A stretch of 64,000 nt of DNA from Patescibacteria group bacterium (lineage in GTDB: Bacteria > Patescibacteriota > Patescibacteriia > Patescibacteriales > UBA12465): NCBI GenBank assembly GCA_034002925.1, contig JAVEZP010000001.1:66523-130522 (forward strand), in the 5' to 3' direction. This document shows, in pieces, positions 16,616 to 27,480 of the stretch (its first letter is position 1; each line of letters starts with the position of its first letter). The notes beneath the pieces are model-generated. The model saw only the letters and a list, made by a program, of their open reading frames with translations, was not told the DNA's origin and did no database searches. A program made the position numbers and the translations under genes.

Positions 16616-17203
16616 TTATTTACTTTCATTAGTAGAAAAATTATATTCTACTTGTTCATTAAAAATTTTTGCTCGATCAAAAGGCCATCCTCTCAACATT
16701 ACTCTACCGGTAATAAAACTTTTATTAACTGGACCAAAAACTCTTGAATCTTTAGAAGCAACCCGATTATCGCCCATCATAAAATATTCATTAGGGCCTA
16801 AATCTATTCTATCATCACTATTAGAATAAGTGGGCATATTAGCATCCAAATAATCTTCTTGTAAAATCTTTCCACCTGGATATTCTTGATTATAAATAAT
16901 TACCTTAGAATCTTTTACCTGCACACCCTCTCCTGGTAAAGCAATAATTCTTTTAATATAATATTCTTGCGGATTAAGAGGATAACGAAACACCACTACT
17001 TCTCCTCTTTCAATAGGACGAAAACGATAGCTAATTTCATCAATAATTAAATATTCATGGTCTTGAAAATTAGATTCCATGGACATCCCCTTTACATAGA
17101 AAGGCTGAATCAAAAAATAGCGCACCGGAATAATAATCGCAAAAGAAATCGCTAACACTTTAATGCCCTCCCAAGCTAAAATGAGAAATTTTTTAAATTG
17201 CAT
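16616..17203 (-). CDS. lepB: Signal peptidase I
   Basis: N-terminal TM, GMSMESNF (Ser box), YIKRIIALPGE, GDNRVASKDSRVFGPV. Confidence 0.85.
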   Translation of the reverse strand: MQFKKFLILAWEGIKVLAISFAIIIPVRYFLIQPFYVKGMSMESNFQDHEYLIIDEISYRFRPIERGEVVVFRYPLNPQEYYIKRIIALPGEGVQVKDSKVIIYNQEYPGGKILQEDYLDANMPTYSNSDDRIDLGPNEYFMMGDNRVASKDSRVFGPVNKSFITGRVMLRGWPFDRAKIFNEQVEYNFSTNESK

Positions 17204-17322
17204 ATTAAAAAATCGCTAAAATAAACAAGCAATAGCTAAAAATGCTATTTCCTCCGCTTGCCTATCAGCAAGTCTTAGTGAGTATATCATAAAACATCTT
17301 AAAAAGCAACTCTAAGTGTTAA

Positions 17323-18366
17323 TTAAAGAATTAACATAGCATCGCCATAACTATAGAAGCGATAGGCTTCTTTAATGGCTTCTTGATAAGCTTTTTTAAT
17401 TAACTCCGTACCCGCAAAAGCTGATACCAACATTAATAAGGTTGATTTAGGTAGGTGAAAGTTGGTAATTAAAGCATCAACCATTAAAAATTTTTTACCA
17501 GGATAAAGAAAAATTTTCGTGCTACCAAAATAAGGTCCAATTCCATTAAATTTTAAAGTTGCTAAATCTTGGCCTAAACTTTCTAACACTCGACAACTAG
17601 TTGTGCCCACTGCTATCACTCGATTGCCTAATTTTTTTGCTTTAAGAATTGTTTCCAACGAAGAAAGACTTAAAAAGAATGATTCTTCATGCATTTGATG
17701 CTTTCTGATATCTTGAGTCTTCACTGACGCAAAAGTACCCAAGCCAACGTGTAGCGTTAAAGGCACAATCTTAACACCTTGACGACTTAATTTTTGTAAT
17801 AAGCGTTCAGTGAAATGCAAACCAGCAGTTGGAGCCGCCACTGAACCGCGCTGCTTACTATCCGCATAAACCGTTTGATAGCGGCGACGATTCTTGCTTT
17901 TAATATCTGGCTGAATATAGGGCGGCAAAGGTATTTGACCAATTTTTTCTAATTGGTGCCAAAACTCTTTAGCTTTTAAATTAAAGGACACTAGCCAGGT
18001 GCCATCGCCTTGATCAGACAATAATTCTGCTGTCAATTTGTTATTAAAACTAATTTTTAATCCTGTCTTAACTTTGCCCCGCACTAAACATTCCCAAATA
18101 TTATCTTCTTTAACTTGATGCAGAAAAACCTCTATCTTTCCTCCACTAGTTTTATGACCTATAAGTCTAGCTGGAAACACCTGAGAGTTATTAATTACTA
18201 ACACATCTCCCTTTTTTAAAAATTTATCCAGTTGATAAAAATTTTTATGCTGAAATTTTTTTGTTTTTCTGTTAATTACAAATAAACGAGAGTGATCACG
18301 AGGGCTACAAGGCTTTTGCGCAATCAATTCTGATGGCAAGTTATAATCAAAATCCGTTAACAACAT
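17323..18366 (-). CDS. queA: S-adenosylmethionine:tRNA ribosyltransferase-isomerase
   Basis: MLLTDFDYNLPSELIAQKP...RDHSRLFV N-terminus and overall QueA length and pattern. Confidence 0.85.
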   Translation of the reverse strand: MLLTDFDYNLPSELIAQKPCSPRDHSRLFVINRKTKKFQHKNFYQLDKFLKKGDVLVINNSQVFPARLIGHKTSGGKIEVFLHQVKEDNIWECLVRGKVKTGLKISFNNKLTAELLSDQGDGTWLVSFNLKAKEFWHQLEKIGQIPLPPYIQPDIKSKNRRRYQTVYADSKQRGSVAAPTAGLHFTERLLQKLSRQGVKIVPLTLHVGLGTFASVKTQDIRKHQMHEESFFLSLSSLETILKAKKLGNRVIAVGTTSCRVLESLGQDLATLKFNGIGPYFGSTKIFLYPGKKFLMVDALITNFHLPKSTLLMLVSAFAGTELIKKAYQEAIKEAYRFYSYGDAMLIL

Positions 18367-18367
18367 A

Positions 18368-19414
18368 TTACTTATAAGAACGACCTAAATGATTATAAGC
18401 AGCTACTGTAGCAATGCGTCCGCGTGGAGAGCGATCTAAAAATCCTAATTGTAATAAATAAGGCTCATAGACATTAGCTAAAGTGTCAATTTCTTCGCCG
18501 CTAGCCGCTGCTAAAGTGTTTAAACCTACCGGCCCTCCTTGAAATTTATCAATAATTACTTCCAATATTTTACGATCAATGGTATCTAAACCAAGATGAT
18601 CAATGCCTAATAAAGAAAAAGCTTCTTTGAGTGCCCCTGTGTCCATGTTGTCATTATTTTTCACCTGACAGTAGTCTCTCACTCTTTTTAATAACCTATT
18701 GGCAATTCTAGGCGTGCGACGAGAACGACTAGCAATCTCTACCGCTGATTCTACAGGTAAAGTAATCTTTAAAATATTAGCACTACGGGTAATAATTTTT
18801 TCAATTTCTGTATTTTGATAAAATTCTAAATGATAAGATAAGCCAAAACGATCACGCAGAGGAGAAGATAACAAACTAGCTAAAGTAGTGGCGCCAATAA
18901 TGGTAAAATGAGGCAAATCAATGCGAATAGTTCGAGCACTTGGCCCTTTACCCATCACAATATCTAAGGCATGATCTTCCATGGCTGGATATAAAATCTC
19001 TTCTACCGCTTTCGGTAAACGATGAATTTCATCAATAAAAAGAATATCACCATCTTCCAGATTGCTCAAAATAGCAGCTAAGTCTCCACTTTTTTCAATT
19101 GCTGGACCAGAAGTAACACGAATATTAGCTTGCAGTTCATGAGCAATAACATGAGCTAAGGTAGTTTTACCAAGACCAGGCGCACCATAAAGCAAAACAT
19201 GTTCTAGTGGTTCACTTCTCTGACGAGCAGCCAAGATAGCAATTTCTAAATTTGCCTTTATTCTTTCTTGTCCAACATACTCAAGCAAAGACTTGGGTCG
19301 TAAAGACAAATCTAAATCTTTTTCTTCAATTGTTTCTTGCGGATCAAGCAAGTCAAAATTATCTTCCATAAAACTAATTATTATGTATCCAAGTTTGACG
19401 ACCATCTTCTTCAA
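18368..19414 (-). CDS. ruvB: Holliday junction branch-migration helicase RuvB
   Basis: [16 protein letters not shown]...[23 protein letters not shown] Walker A, AAA+ and winged-helix regions. Confidence 0.95.
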   Translation of the reverse strand: MKKMVVKLGYIIISFMEDNFDLLDPQETIEEKDLDLSLRPKSLLEYVGQERIKANLEIAILAARQRSEPLEHVLLYGAPGLGKTTLAHVIAHELQANIRVTSGPAIEKSGDLAAILSNLEDGDILFIDEIHRLPKAVEEILYPAMEDHALDIVMGKGPSARTIRIDLPHFTIIGATTLASLLSSPLRDRFGLSYHLEFYQNTEIEKIITRSANILKITLPVESAVEIASRSRRTPRIANRLLKRVRDYCQVKNNDNMDTGALKEAFSLLGIDHLGLDTIDRKILEVIIDKFQGGPVGLNTLAAASGEEIDTLANVYEPYLLQLGFLDRSPRGRIATVAAYNHLGRSYK

Positions 19415-20048
19415 TATTAATCATTGGCCCACTGATAGTTAATTGTAAACCTAATTTTAAATCTAACCAAGCTTTAATTTGTGCTAACCTTTCTCTTCTA
19501 ACCAAGCTTCTATCAATTTTAGTCAAACCGTCATCAGCCCGACAACCCCAAGCATCTAATTCTAATTTCTGAGCGATATATAGCGATCTAGATAAATGAA
19601 AATCTTGACTAGAAATCAAAAAAGAATCTAAAGCAAACATTTTTTTAGCCCTGAAGATGCTAGCATAAGTATTCTTAGCAAAATTATCTACAAAAATATC
19701 TTGAGGGGCTACTCCTAAATCTAATAAATAATCTTTGCCAATTTGAGCTTCATCCTGACCTAATTTGTTAATAGTTCCGCTCACTAAAATTTTACGCACC
19801 AAGCCTGCTTGATAAAGCTTAGCGCCATTTTCTAAACGCTGAGCAAATAAAGGGCTAGGGCTAGAGTCTGTTTGCAAAGAGGCTCCCAAAACTAATACCG
19901 CTGGTCTTTGTGAACTAATATCCCTAAAACAATCACCTACAATATAACGATCATAATCGGCTACTTTTTGTTGCACTAACCATAATGACCAAATACCAAA
20001 CACTAAAAAATATAGAAACCAGCGTAAAAATGAATATTTTTTAAACAT
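19374..20048 (-). CDS. DUF218 (YdcF/SanA-like) domain protein with N-terminal TM
   Basis: [41 protein letters not shown]...[20 protein letters not shown] matches the DUF218 pattern. The 41-nt overlap with ruvB suggests the true start may be later. Confidence 0.6.
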   Translation of the reverse strand: MFKKYSFLRWFLYFLVFGIWSLWLVQQKVADYDRYIVGDCFRDISSQRPAVLVLGASLQTDSSPSPLFAQRLENGAKLYQAGLVRKILVSGTINKLGQDEAQIGKDYLLDLGVAPQDIFVDNFAKNTYASIFRAKKMFALDSFLISSQDFHLSRSLYIAQKLELDAWGCRADDGLTKIDRSLVRRERLAQIKAWLDLKLGLQLTISGPMINIEEDGRQTWIHNN

Positions 20049-20059
20049 AAAACTGATAC

Positions 20060-22993
20060 TTAATTTTGTCTAAATTCACAAATTTTATTAAAATCACAAA
20101 ATTGACACATCATTGAAGGTTTAGGACTAAAATTTCTTGATTTAATAGCTGTAATTTGTTTTATCACCTCCGCTTTTAATTTATCTTTTTCTTTTTCAGT
20201 GGGTAAAAATTCTAAGATGGAAGCATTCTCAACATAATAATATTTTAAAGACAAAACCTTCATTTGTAAAACTTCTTCTAAAAATAATTGATATAAGATT
20301 AATTGGCGCTTATCTTGCCAATCTAATTTTTCTTTAGGTGTGCCTGTTTTATAATCAATTACTTCAAAACCACCTTCAACTCGATCTACTCTATCAATTG
20401 CTCCTTTTAACGTTTCTCCACCTATTTTAAAAGAAAAATTCTTTTCTAAAAAAACTGGCTCTGGCAAATTATTATTAACACAAAAAGCTTCATAAAAATA
20501 CTGCAAAGATTGCTCTGCTTTACGTTTATATTCTAAAGCCTGTTTAGCGTTTTGATAGCCTTCATCTTGCCACCTAACTGCTAAAATATTTTTTAATTGC
20601 TCTAGACTGAACTGTGTTTCATTATTTTTTTGATCAACAAATAAACTAGCTTGCGGACCACTAATAAGTGGTTTTAAAAAATCACAAAAAACATTATGCA
20701 TCACACGACCAAAGGTAAGACTAGGCTTATCATCTGGGGCGGGTATTTTTAAAACAAAAGCATATTTATATTGCAAAGGGCAGGTTTCATAAGCTGCTAA
20801 TTGAGAAAAAGAAAACTTATCTGGTAATTTATCGGCCGCGATAGCACTCTCCAGAAAAGCCTCACCTTCTGCTTGTAAATCACGGACTAATTCATTAGCC
20901 AATTGACTTGAAGATGAAGCCTCTATTTTAAAACCAGCCTCTTCAATAAAACGCGAAACTTTTTTTTCTTTGACACCACCATAATCCTTAGCGCTAGTTA
21001 AATGTAATTCTTTTTTAGCACGTGTAAGAGCTACGTAAAATAAACGTCTCTCTTCTTCTAAGTGATCGTCTTTGGAATCTGACAATTCTTCTTTAATTAA
21101 TTCTCTGGACAGCGCAATCTTATCGCTACGATTAATGGTGGGGAATTTTTTGTCAGCTAAATTAACTAAAAACACATAAGGAAATTCTAAACCTTTAGCC
21201 GCATGAATAGTCATTATTTTTACCGTATCAGCATCATTATAGTCTAAACGCAAAGAGCCAGTATCGCCAGCCTCTAACTCTAAATCGATCGCGGCCATAA
21301 AATCCGGCAGACGAATATCTGGAGCTTGATCTTCAAAGCTTTTCATTTTTTGATAAAATTGATTTAAATGAGAAAAAAGCTCTTGATCGCGATTAATATC
21401 TAATTCTTTAATTAAGCCAGACTCTTCAACAAATTTAAAAAATATTTTACTAGGCAAATGAGTAGCCACTAGAGCCGAATGCCCATCTACTAATGTTATT
21501 AATCTTTTAATTGGTTCAACTGCTTCAGGACTTAAATCAGGTACTTGTTCAACTTTTTTCAATGTTTCAAATAAAGACCAATTTTTACGTCTAGCAAAAC
21601 GATTTAAAGCAATAATATCTGCATGCGAAATACGAAAAGGTTTAATATTTAAAACCCGAAACAAAGCTGAAGATTCGTGATAATTATCCAATAAACGCAG
21701 ATAAGCTAAAGAATCTAAAATAATAGACTTATAATATAAACCCCTCAAAGATACGAATTGATTTGGTATTCCTCTTCTAGTTAATTCTTTGACAAAATTT
21801 TCAGCTGTATCATTGGAACGAGCTAAAATTGCAAAGTCAGACCAAGCCACTCCATCTTCAGCTGTTTGCTCACGTTGATATATCTGTAAAATATTTTCCG
21901 CAACATAGCTTAACTCCTCTTCTTGATTATTAAGTAAGATAAATTGAGGCGCTTGACCTAAGGCAGCTGCTTTACCCTTAGCTTTCAACTGTTTATCAAT
22001 CCCCAATTTTTCTTCCAAACGATTCGGATTATTATGTTTTATGAAATTATGAGCAATATCTAAAATATCTTGGCGAGAACGATAATTGTCGGTTAATATC
22101 ACCTCTTCAGCAGTCGGAAAATCTTCTTTAAACTGCATGATATTTGCCAAAGAAGCGCCCCTAAAACGATAGATAGCTTGATCATCATCGCCTACAACCA
22201 TTAAATTATTATTTGGTGCAGCCAATAACTTAACCAACTCATATTGTGCCCAATTAGTGTCCTGAAATTCATCAACCATAATATAAGCAAATTGCTCACG
22301 ATATTGAGCGAGAATTTGTGGTCGGCGCTGGAATAGCTGTAAAGTATAAGTAATTAAATCTCCAAAATCCAATAAACTGGAGTCTAATAATAATTGATTA
22401 TAACGAGCATAAGCTCCAGCTAACTCTTGAATACGCAAGACTTCATCTTCATTTATGTCTTCATTATTTTTACTATCTTGAGTATGTTTTTGAGCATAAT
22501 CAAGATATTCCTGAGAACTGATATTCTCATCTTTTAATTTAGAAAAATGCTTTAGCATTTCTCCAATAAACTTATTAGGATTGCCCAAAGGTCGATAATA
22601 ATGTAAATCAAATTCTTCAAGGTTCTTTTTCATCAAAATCCATTGTTCAGTACTACTTAATAACTTAAAATCAGCTGGTAGACCAATATCTAAGGCATGC
22701 TCTCTTAAAACTCTCTCACAAAAAGAATGAAAAGTACTAATCCAAAGATCTAAATAGCCATAGGGCAAAAGCATGTCTGCTCTTTCTTCCATTTCTGCTG
22801 CTGCCTTTTCGGTAAAAGTGAGCAATAAAACACGATCGCTATTTAATTTTTCTGTCGCTAAAATATCAGCTAAACGTCTTACCAGTACTGTAGTTTTACC
22901 TGTCCCCGCTCCAGCCACTACTAACAGCGGCCCTTGGCGATGAGACACGGCTGCTTGTTGAGCTTTATTTAATGGCGCTAACGAGTTGTTCAT
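20060..22993 (-). CDS. UvrD/PcrA-family helicase fused to a C-terminal PD-(D/E)XK nuclease domain with a 4-Cys cluster (AddA/AddB- or Cas4-like nuclease module)
   Basis: N-terminal AAVSHRQGPLLVVAGAGTGKTTVLVRRLADIL Walker A and UvrD helicase motifs through ~650 aa. The C-terminus has ETCPLQYKY ... DYKTG ... CQFCDFNKIC (C-x-C-x2-C-x5-C), typical of Fe-S RecB-family nucleases. No AddB-like partner in the window. Confidence 0.8.
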   Translation of the reverse strand: MNNSLAPLNKAQQAAVSHRQGPLLVVAGAGTGKTTVLVRRLADILATEKLNSDRVLLLTFTEKAAAEMEERADMLLPYGYLDLWISTFHSFCERVLREHALDIGLPADFKLLSSTEQWILMKKNLEEFDLHYYRPLGNPNKFIGEMLKHFSKLKDENISSQEYLDYAQKHTQDSKNNEDINEDEVLRIQELAGAYARYNQLLLDSSLLDFGDLITYTLQLFQRRPQILAQYREQFAYIMVDEFQDTNWAQYELVKLLAAPNNNLMVVGDDDQAIYRFRGASLANIMQFKEDFPTAEEVILTDNYRSRQDILDIAHNFIKHNNPNRLEEKLGIDKQLKAKGKAAALGQAPQFILLNNQEEELSYVAENILQIYQREQTAEDGVAWSDFAILARSNDTAENFVKELTRRGIPNQFVSLRGLYYKSIILDSLAYLRLLDNYHESSALFRVLNIKPFRISHADIIALNRFARRKNWSLFETLKKVEQVPDLSPEAVEPIKRLITLVDGHSALVATHLPSKIFFKFVEESGLIKELDINRDQELFSHLNQFYQKMKSFEDQAPDIRLPDFMAAIDLELEAGDTGSLRLDYNDADTVKIMTIHAAKGLEFPYVFLVNLADKKFPTINRSDKIALSRELIKEELSDSKDDHLEEERRLFYVALTRAKKELHLTSAKDYGGVKEKKVSRFIEEAGFKIEASSSSQLANELVRDLQAEGEAFLESAIAADKLPDKFSFSQLAAYETCPLQYKYAFVLKIPAPDDKPSLTFGRVMHNVFCDFLKPLISGPQASLFVDQKNNETQFSLEQLKNILAVRWQDEGYQNAKQALEYKRKAEQSLQYFYEAFCVNNNLPEPVFLEKNFSFKIGGETLKGAIDRVDRVEGGFEVIDYKTGTPKEKLDWQDKRQLILYQLFLEEVLQMKVLSLKYYYVENASILEFLPTEKEKDKLKAEVIKQITAIKSRNFSPKPSMMCQFCDFNKICEFRQN

Positions 22994-22995
22994 AA

Positions 22996-24270
22996 TTAAA
23001 ATTTAAGCATTTTTAGCAAACTATTTTGTTGCTGACTAGCCACGGGACCAATAACAGCTAAATTTAAATTTTGAGTTTTCACTACCATTTGCGCTACTTT
23101 TAAAATATCTGTCACTGTCACTTGTCTGATTTTATTTTCTAACTCTTGAGGATTAAAATATTTTTTTCTTAACACCGCTTGACGACCGTACCAACTAGCA
23201 ACCTCGTCACTAGCTTCAAGTTGCATTAATAATCTTCCTGCCAACAAATCTTGAGCACGTTTTAGTTCTGATAGTTCTACTTTTTCCGAAGCAATTCTTT
23301 TATATTCTGAAATAATAATCTTAATAGCTGCTTTTAGCTTATCTTTAGGTACACCCGCTTGAGTACTTAAATAGCCTGAATCAGAATAAGCTTCAACTCC
23401 AGTTTTAACATAATAAGCCAAGCCCGATCTTTCTCGTAAAGAAATAAAAAGTCGAGAACTCATCGAGCCTCCCAGAATAATAGCTAACAATTTTAAAGCC
23501 ATTTCTTGAGAATGAGCAACAGGTAATGCTCTTAAAGCTAAAGCTAAATTAATTTGATCAGTTTTTTTATAAGCAATTTTAACAGCTGGTTTTAATTGTT
23601 TTTCTTTCACCTCTATTTTATCCTTCCAATTATTTTGAGAAAAAATTCCAAAGAATTTAGCCGCTGCTTTTTTATCTACAGCACTAATAGCACCACTGAG
23701 AATGAGGGTCATGCTCTTAGCGCCATATTGACGCTGATAATAACGCAGAAAATCCTGACGTTTAAAAGAGTTAATATTTTGTTTAGTGCCAATAGTGTCC
23801 CAGCCAGCAGGTGTATCGCCATAAAGACAGGACTCTAGCACATCTTCAATGTGCATTAAGGGATTGTCTTCATACATATTTAATTCTTCAATAATCACTC
23901 CTTTTTCTCGCTCTATTTCTTCAGGATCAAATTTTGAATTAGCGATCATATCGCTTAAAATCTCTAAAGCTGCTACCAGTTTTCCAGCTGCCACTTTCAC
24001 ATAATAACCGGTGTATTCCTTTGAGGTAAAAGCATTAAATTCCCCTCCTAAATCATCAAGGGCAGAGGACAAAGCAAAGGTGTTAGGTCTTTTCTCTGTG
24101 CCTTTAAAAAACATGTGCTCCAAAAAATGAGATAAGCCATTTTCTTGGCGAGTTTCATATTTGGAACCAGTTTTAACCATTAATAAAGCCGTGGCTGTTT
24201 GCGCCTCTTTCATTGGCACTGTTATCAGTGGCATCTTATTAGACAAAAATTCTTTTTTATGTTTAATCAT
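22996..24270 (-). CDS. M16-family (pitrilysin-like) zinc peptidase
   Basis: HFLEHMFFKGTEKR inverted zinc-binding HxxEH motif. Two-domain M16 length of 424 aa. Confidence 0.85.
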   Translation of the reverse strand: MIKHKKEFLSNKMPLITVPMKEAQTATALLMVKTGSKYETRQENGLSHFLEHMFFKGTEKRPNTFALSSALDDLGGEFNAFTSKEYTGYYVKVAAGKLVAALEILSDMIANSKFDPEEIEREKGVIIEELNMYEDNPLMHIEDVLESCLYGDTPAGWDTIGTKQNINSFKRQDFLRYYQRQYGAKSMTLILSGAISAVDKKAAAKFFGIFSQNNWKDKIEVKEKQLKPAVKIAYKKTDQINLALALRALPVAHSQEMALKLLAIILGGSMSSRLFISLRERSGLAYYVKTGVEAYSDSGYLSTQAGVPKDKLKAAIKIIISEYKRIASEKVELSELKRAQDLLAGRLLMQLEASDEVASWYGRQAVLRKKYFNPQELENKIRQVTVTDILKVAQMVVKTQNLNLAVIGPVASQQQNSLLKMLKF

Positions 24271-24355
24271 AAGGATAAATATTATATTTTAAATTTAACA
24301 CATCTCTGTTATAATTAAAAGCGAACAGAAATCCCTTCAAAATTAAATTAAATCT

Positions 24356-25072
24356 ATGCCTTATCTTATTAAAAAATCTGAACAATTACTACAACATGGC
24401 CGCGCCTATCGCATTAAAAAAGTACGAGAAATGGCTGAAGGAGATAGACCACGGGAAAAGATGTTAAGTCAAGGAGTAGGAGCTTTAAGTTTAGCTGAAC
24501 TCTTAGCTATTGTTTTAGGTGTAGGCACGAAAAAAGAAGAAGTCTTTTCTATGGCCTCTCGTCTCTTACGTGAATATGGTGAAAAAGCTATTGCTACTCA
24601 AAAAGATCCAAAGCTGATAGTTAAAGACTTGAATTTACCAGAAACGAAAGCTTGTCAGATTGTCGCGTGTTTTGAGCTGGGGCGACGCTTGTTTCAAAAA
24701 AAACCTGGAGGCCTAATCACTATCCGTAATGCTAATCAAGCTTTTTCATATCTTAAAGATATGGGCAGTCTGAAAAAAGAGCAATTTCGAGGCTTATATC
24801 TCAATAGCCACTATCAATTAGTCCACGATGAAGTGATATCTATTGGCACGATTGACGCTTCTTTGGTACATGCTCGTGAAGTATTTCGCCCTGCTCTGGA
24901 ATATGGCGCCAGTGCTGTCATCCTCGCTCACAATCACCCATCAGGTGTATTAAAAGCGAGTCGAGAAGATGTAGAAATAACTGATCAACTAATTTCAGCT
25001 GGTAAAATTTTAGATATTGAAATATTAGATCATTTAATTATTGGACCAAAAAAATATTTGAGTATTATTTAA
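24356..25072 (+). CDS. radC: RadC-family JAB/MPN domain protein
   Basis: N-terminal helix-hairpin-helix-like region and the HNHPSG JAMM motif (AVILAHNHPSGVLKASRED). Confidence 0.85.
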   Translation: MPYLIKKSEQLLQHGRAYRIKKVREMAEGDRPREKMLSQGVGALSLAELLAIVLGVGTKKEEVFSMASRLLREYGEKAIATQKDPKLIVKDLNLPETKACQIVACFELGRRLFQKKPGGLITIRNANQAFSYLKDMGSLKKEQFRGLYLNSHYQLVHDEVISIGTIDASLVHAREVFRPALEYGASAVILAHNHPSGVLKASREDVEITDQLISAGKILDIEILDHLIIGPKKYLSII

Positions 25073-25372
25073 ATGACCGCTATTAAAGAATACAAAATCA
25101 ATAAAGTAGCAAGACAGATTAAAGACGCCCAAAGTGTTCGCTTTCATGTTGAAAGCGATGATTATTTTGGCACCACCGCTACCTTAATTAAACTGTTACA
25201 ACAATATCTTAAAGACTCTATCAACAAAGCTCCCGCTGAAGAACGAGAGCTTATTGAAAAAACTTTTAAAAATATTGAAGCTGATCTGCTATTATTACAA
25301 AATAATTATCAGATCAAAGCTAAGAAAAGCCAAGGTAAAGCTGAGCTTAAAGGCAGACTAAATAACCAATGA
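25073..25372 (+). CDS. Hypothetical protein (99 aa)
   Basis: ATGA start-stop overlap with radC suggests coupling. No recognisable domain. Its 3' end overlaps the convergent membrane-protein gene by 64 nt. Confidence 0.4.
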   Translation: MTAIKEYKINKVARQIKDAQSVRFHVESDDYFGTTATLIKLLQQYLKDSINKAPAEERELIEKTFKNIEADLLLLQNNYQIKAKKSQGKAELKGRLNNQ

Positions 25373-26541
25373 TCAAATAAACTTAAAACAAATAAAGCAA
25401 CGAATAAACCGATAATTTTTTCTTGTCGGCTTTTTTTGTAAAAATAGGACCAAGCAAATAAAATAGGAATCAAGAACAAAATGCCACCTTCACTTAAAAC
25501 TAATAACCAGTAATTATGAGCTGGTTGATATTGCCAAGCAGCTAATATTAAGGAATTAGCTTTATCCTCCTCTGCTAACAACAAAGTGGAATTAGATAAG
25601 CCAACGCCAAGATAGGGATGTTTTTTCCATAATTCCCAAGCAGATTGATTATAATACTGTCTTTCTACATTAGAAATTTGTTCTAAACGAGCTTCTCCTT
25701 GTATACGTGTCAATATTAAAGACTGATATTGCCAAGCAAAAATAGCAGAAATAAAAACCGTTAACAGCAAAAAAGCCAAAAGTTTTTTTAGAGAATGCCA
25801 ATGTTCTAACAATATAAATACTGGAGCAACAATTAAGGCCAGTAGTGCTGCTCGTGAAAAAGAAGTCAAAGCTGCCCATAAAAAAATTGGATAAAAAATC
25901 AATGATAAAAGATGAATGTTTTGTTGTTCATTTTTCAAAAATAAATATAAAGACATTAAAGCAGCTAATGCCATTATTCCGCCAAAAACATTAGGATGGT
26001 CCTGTGGTCCGTAGGCGCGTAACCAACGACCAGTATCAGTTTCCACCACTGCTGTTCCCGCATAAGCTGCTTCGTGCTGAGACATGCCTAATAGAGTGCT
26101 AGGAAAACTCGTCTGCGTGCTAAATTGCCCAATACCAATCAATGCTTGTATAAATAAAGAAGCTAAGAAAATTAATAAAAGATAAAAACGAAGCTTTGGA
26201 AATAAATATTTCAAATTAAAAATAGCGACTATGAAAACAAGAAAAACAAGATAACGATATAAAGCCAACAGCGGATCAACCGCCCAAAAAGCATTTAAAA
26301 AACCCAAAACTGTCATCAAAACCACTATGATGCCTAAAGTTAAAGGGGTAATGTTGCGATAGTTTTTTCTTTTAAAAGATAATAAAAATGCCAATAATAA
26401 AATTGGCATCACTGCAAAAATAGAAATCTCCCAATAATTACTAGCTGCTTCTTGCAAAATCAATTTAGTTTGCCAAGGCAACAAAAAAGCAGCTAAGGCA
26501 TAAAGAATAAAGCTTGTTTTAGAAGATAAATTATGAAGCAT
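25309..26541 (-). CDS. Polytopic membrane protein, O-antigen ligase/Wzy_C-like
   Basis: About 10 predicted TM helices with a central periplasmic loop region, as in O-antigen polymerase/ligase-family proteins. Start trimmed to the internal Met (MLHNLSS) to reduce overlap with the upstream gene. The start is uncertain. Confidence 0.5.
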   Translation of the reverse strand: MLHNLSSKTSFILYALAAFLLPWQTKLILQEAASNYWEISIFAVMPILLLAFLLSFKRKNYRNITPLTLGIIVVLMTVLGFLNAFWAVDPLLALYRYLVFLVFIVAIFNLKYLFPKLRFYLLLIFLASLFIQALIGIGQFSTQTSFPSTLLGMSQHEAAYAGTAVVETDTGRWLRAYGPQDHPNVFGGIMALAALMSLYLFLKNEQQNIHLLSLIFYPIFLWAALTSFSRAALLALIVAPVFILLEHWHSLKKLLAFLLLTVFISAIFAWQYQSLILTRIQGEARLEQISNVERQYYNQSAWELWKKHPYLGVGLSNSTLLLAEEDKANSLILAAWQYQPAHNYWLLVLSEGGILFLIPILFAWSYFYKKSRQEKIIGLFVALFVLSLFDHWLFSLPLSSALPWLFLALI

Positions 26542-27478
26542 TAAAATATTTATTAACTTGTTCAGTGTAGCGATCACTAAATTCTTGTCGCCTATCAACT
26601 AAATATAATTTTAACACACCAGCACGAATAATCACACGAGAATCTAAATTAATTTTTTCTTTTAAGGCTTGGGGCATTATTTTTAATTGCCAAGCTTCTG
26701 CCCAATATTCAAATAAATCTACTAATCTACGTATAATAGACAAAGAATAAACTTTTGCCCGCCAAGAACGAGGAGATTCACGATAGCTTTGATTATTTAA
26801 TAAAAAATCACCATTCGGTAAATACTTTTTTAACCAAGCATTCGCTTGCATTAATTGGTGATGATATATACCAGCGTCATATAAAGGATGTAAACCTGCT
26901 AACCAAAAGTTAAAATAATAATCTCTGTCACCATTGGTAAGGGAGCTTAAATCTAGATGATTCTCATCTACATAAAAACTAAGACAAATCTTATCTTTCT
27001 TATTACCTGGCTTTGGTCTTTGACCTAATATTTTCATAAAACCCGCACAAAATAAGCGAGTTAACCAAATTCTATTCTTTTTAGTAACAATAAATAGATC
27101 AATATCACTGCCATCTCTTAAATTATGACGACCAATTAAATTACTTAAAGCCACAAATTTTACACTAGGCAAAAGACGAAAAAGACGAGTTACTCTTTTA
27201 GCAATTTTCAATTTACGATTAGCAAAATGATAGCGCTGTTGTCTAATACTTAACAATTTTTCTTGACCTGGTAAAAAATAAAAACCTTGCTTTTCTACAA
27301 TCTTGCCAGTCGAGAGCAAATTCAAAAGCACTGGTTTCAATTCTACAAAATCAATAGCAACATCCAAATAGCGCCATAATTCATAGCTTGTTAAGGGATA
27401 AGAAAATAAATTAAAGAAAATTAGAGTTTTTAAAACTGCTAACTCTAGTTCCGATAATTGCTCAGCATTACTTAACAT
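26531..27478 (-). CDS. Hypothetical protein with a nucleotidyltransferase-like GS-x-D-x-D motif
   Basis: RHNLRDGSDIDLFIVTKKN resembles the minimal nucleotidyltransferase (Pol-beta superfamily) active-site motif. The rest is unassigned. Confidence 0.4.
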   Translation of the reverse strand: MLSNAEQLSELELAVLKTLIFFNLFSYPLTSYELWRYLDVAIDFVELKPVLLNLLSTGKIVEKQGFYFLPGQEKLLSIRQQRYHFANRKLKIAKRVTRLFRLLPSVKFVALSNLIGRHNLRDGSDIDLFIVTKKNRIWLTRLFCAGFMKILGQRPKPGNKKDKICLSFYVDENHLDLSSLTNGDRDYYFNFWLAGLHPLYDAGIYHHQLMQANAWLKKYLPNGDFLLNNQSYRESPRSWRAKVYSLSIIRRLVDLFEYWAEAWQLKIMPQALKEKINLDSRVIIRAGVLKLYLVDRRQEFSDRYTEQVNKYFNAS

Positions 27479-27480
27479 AA

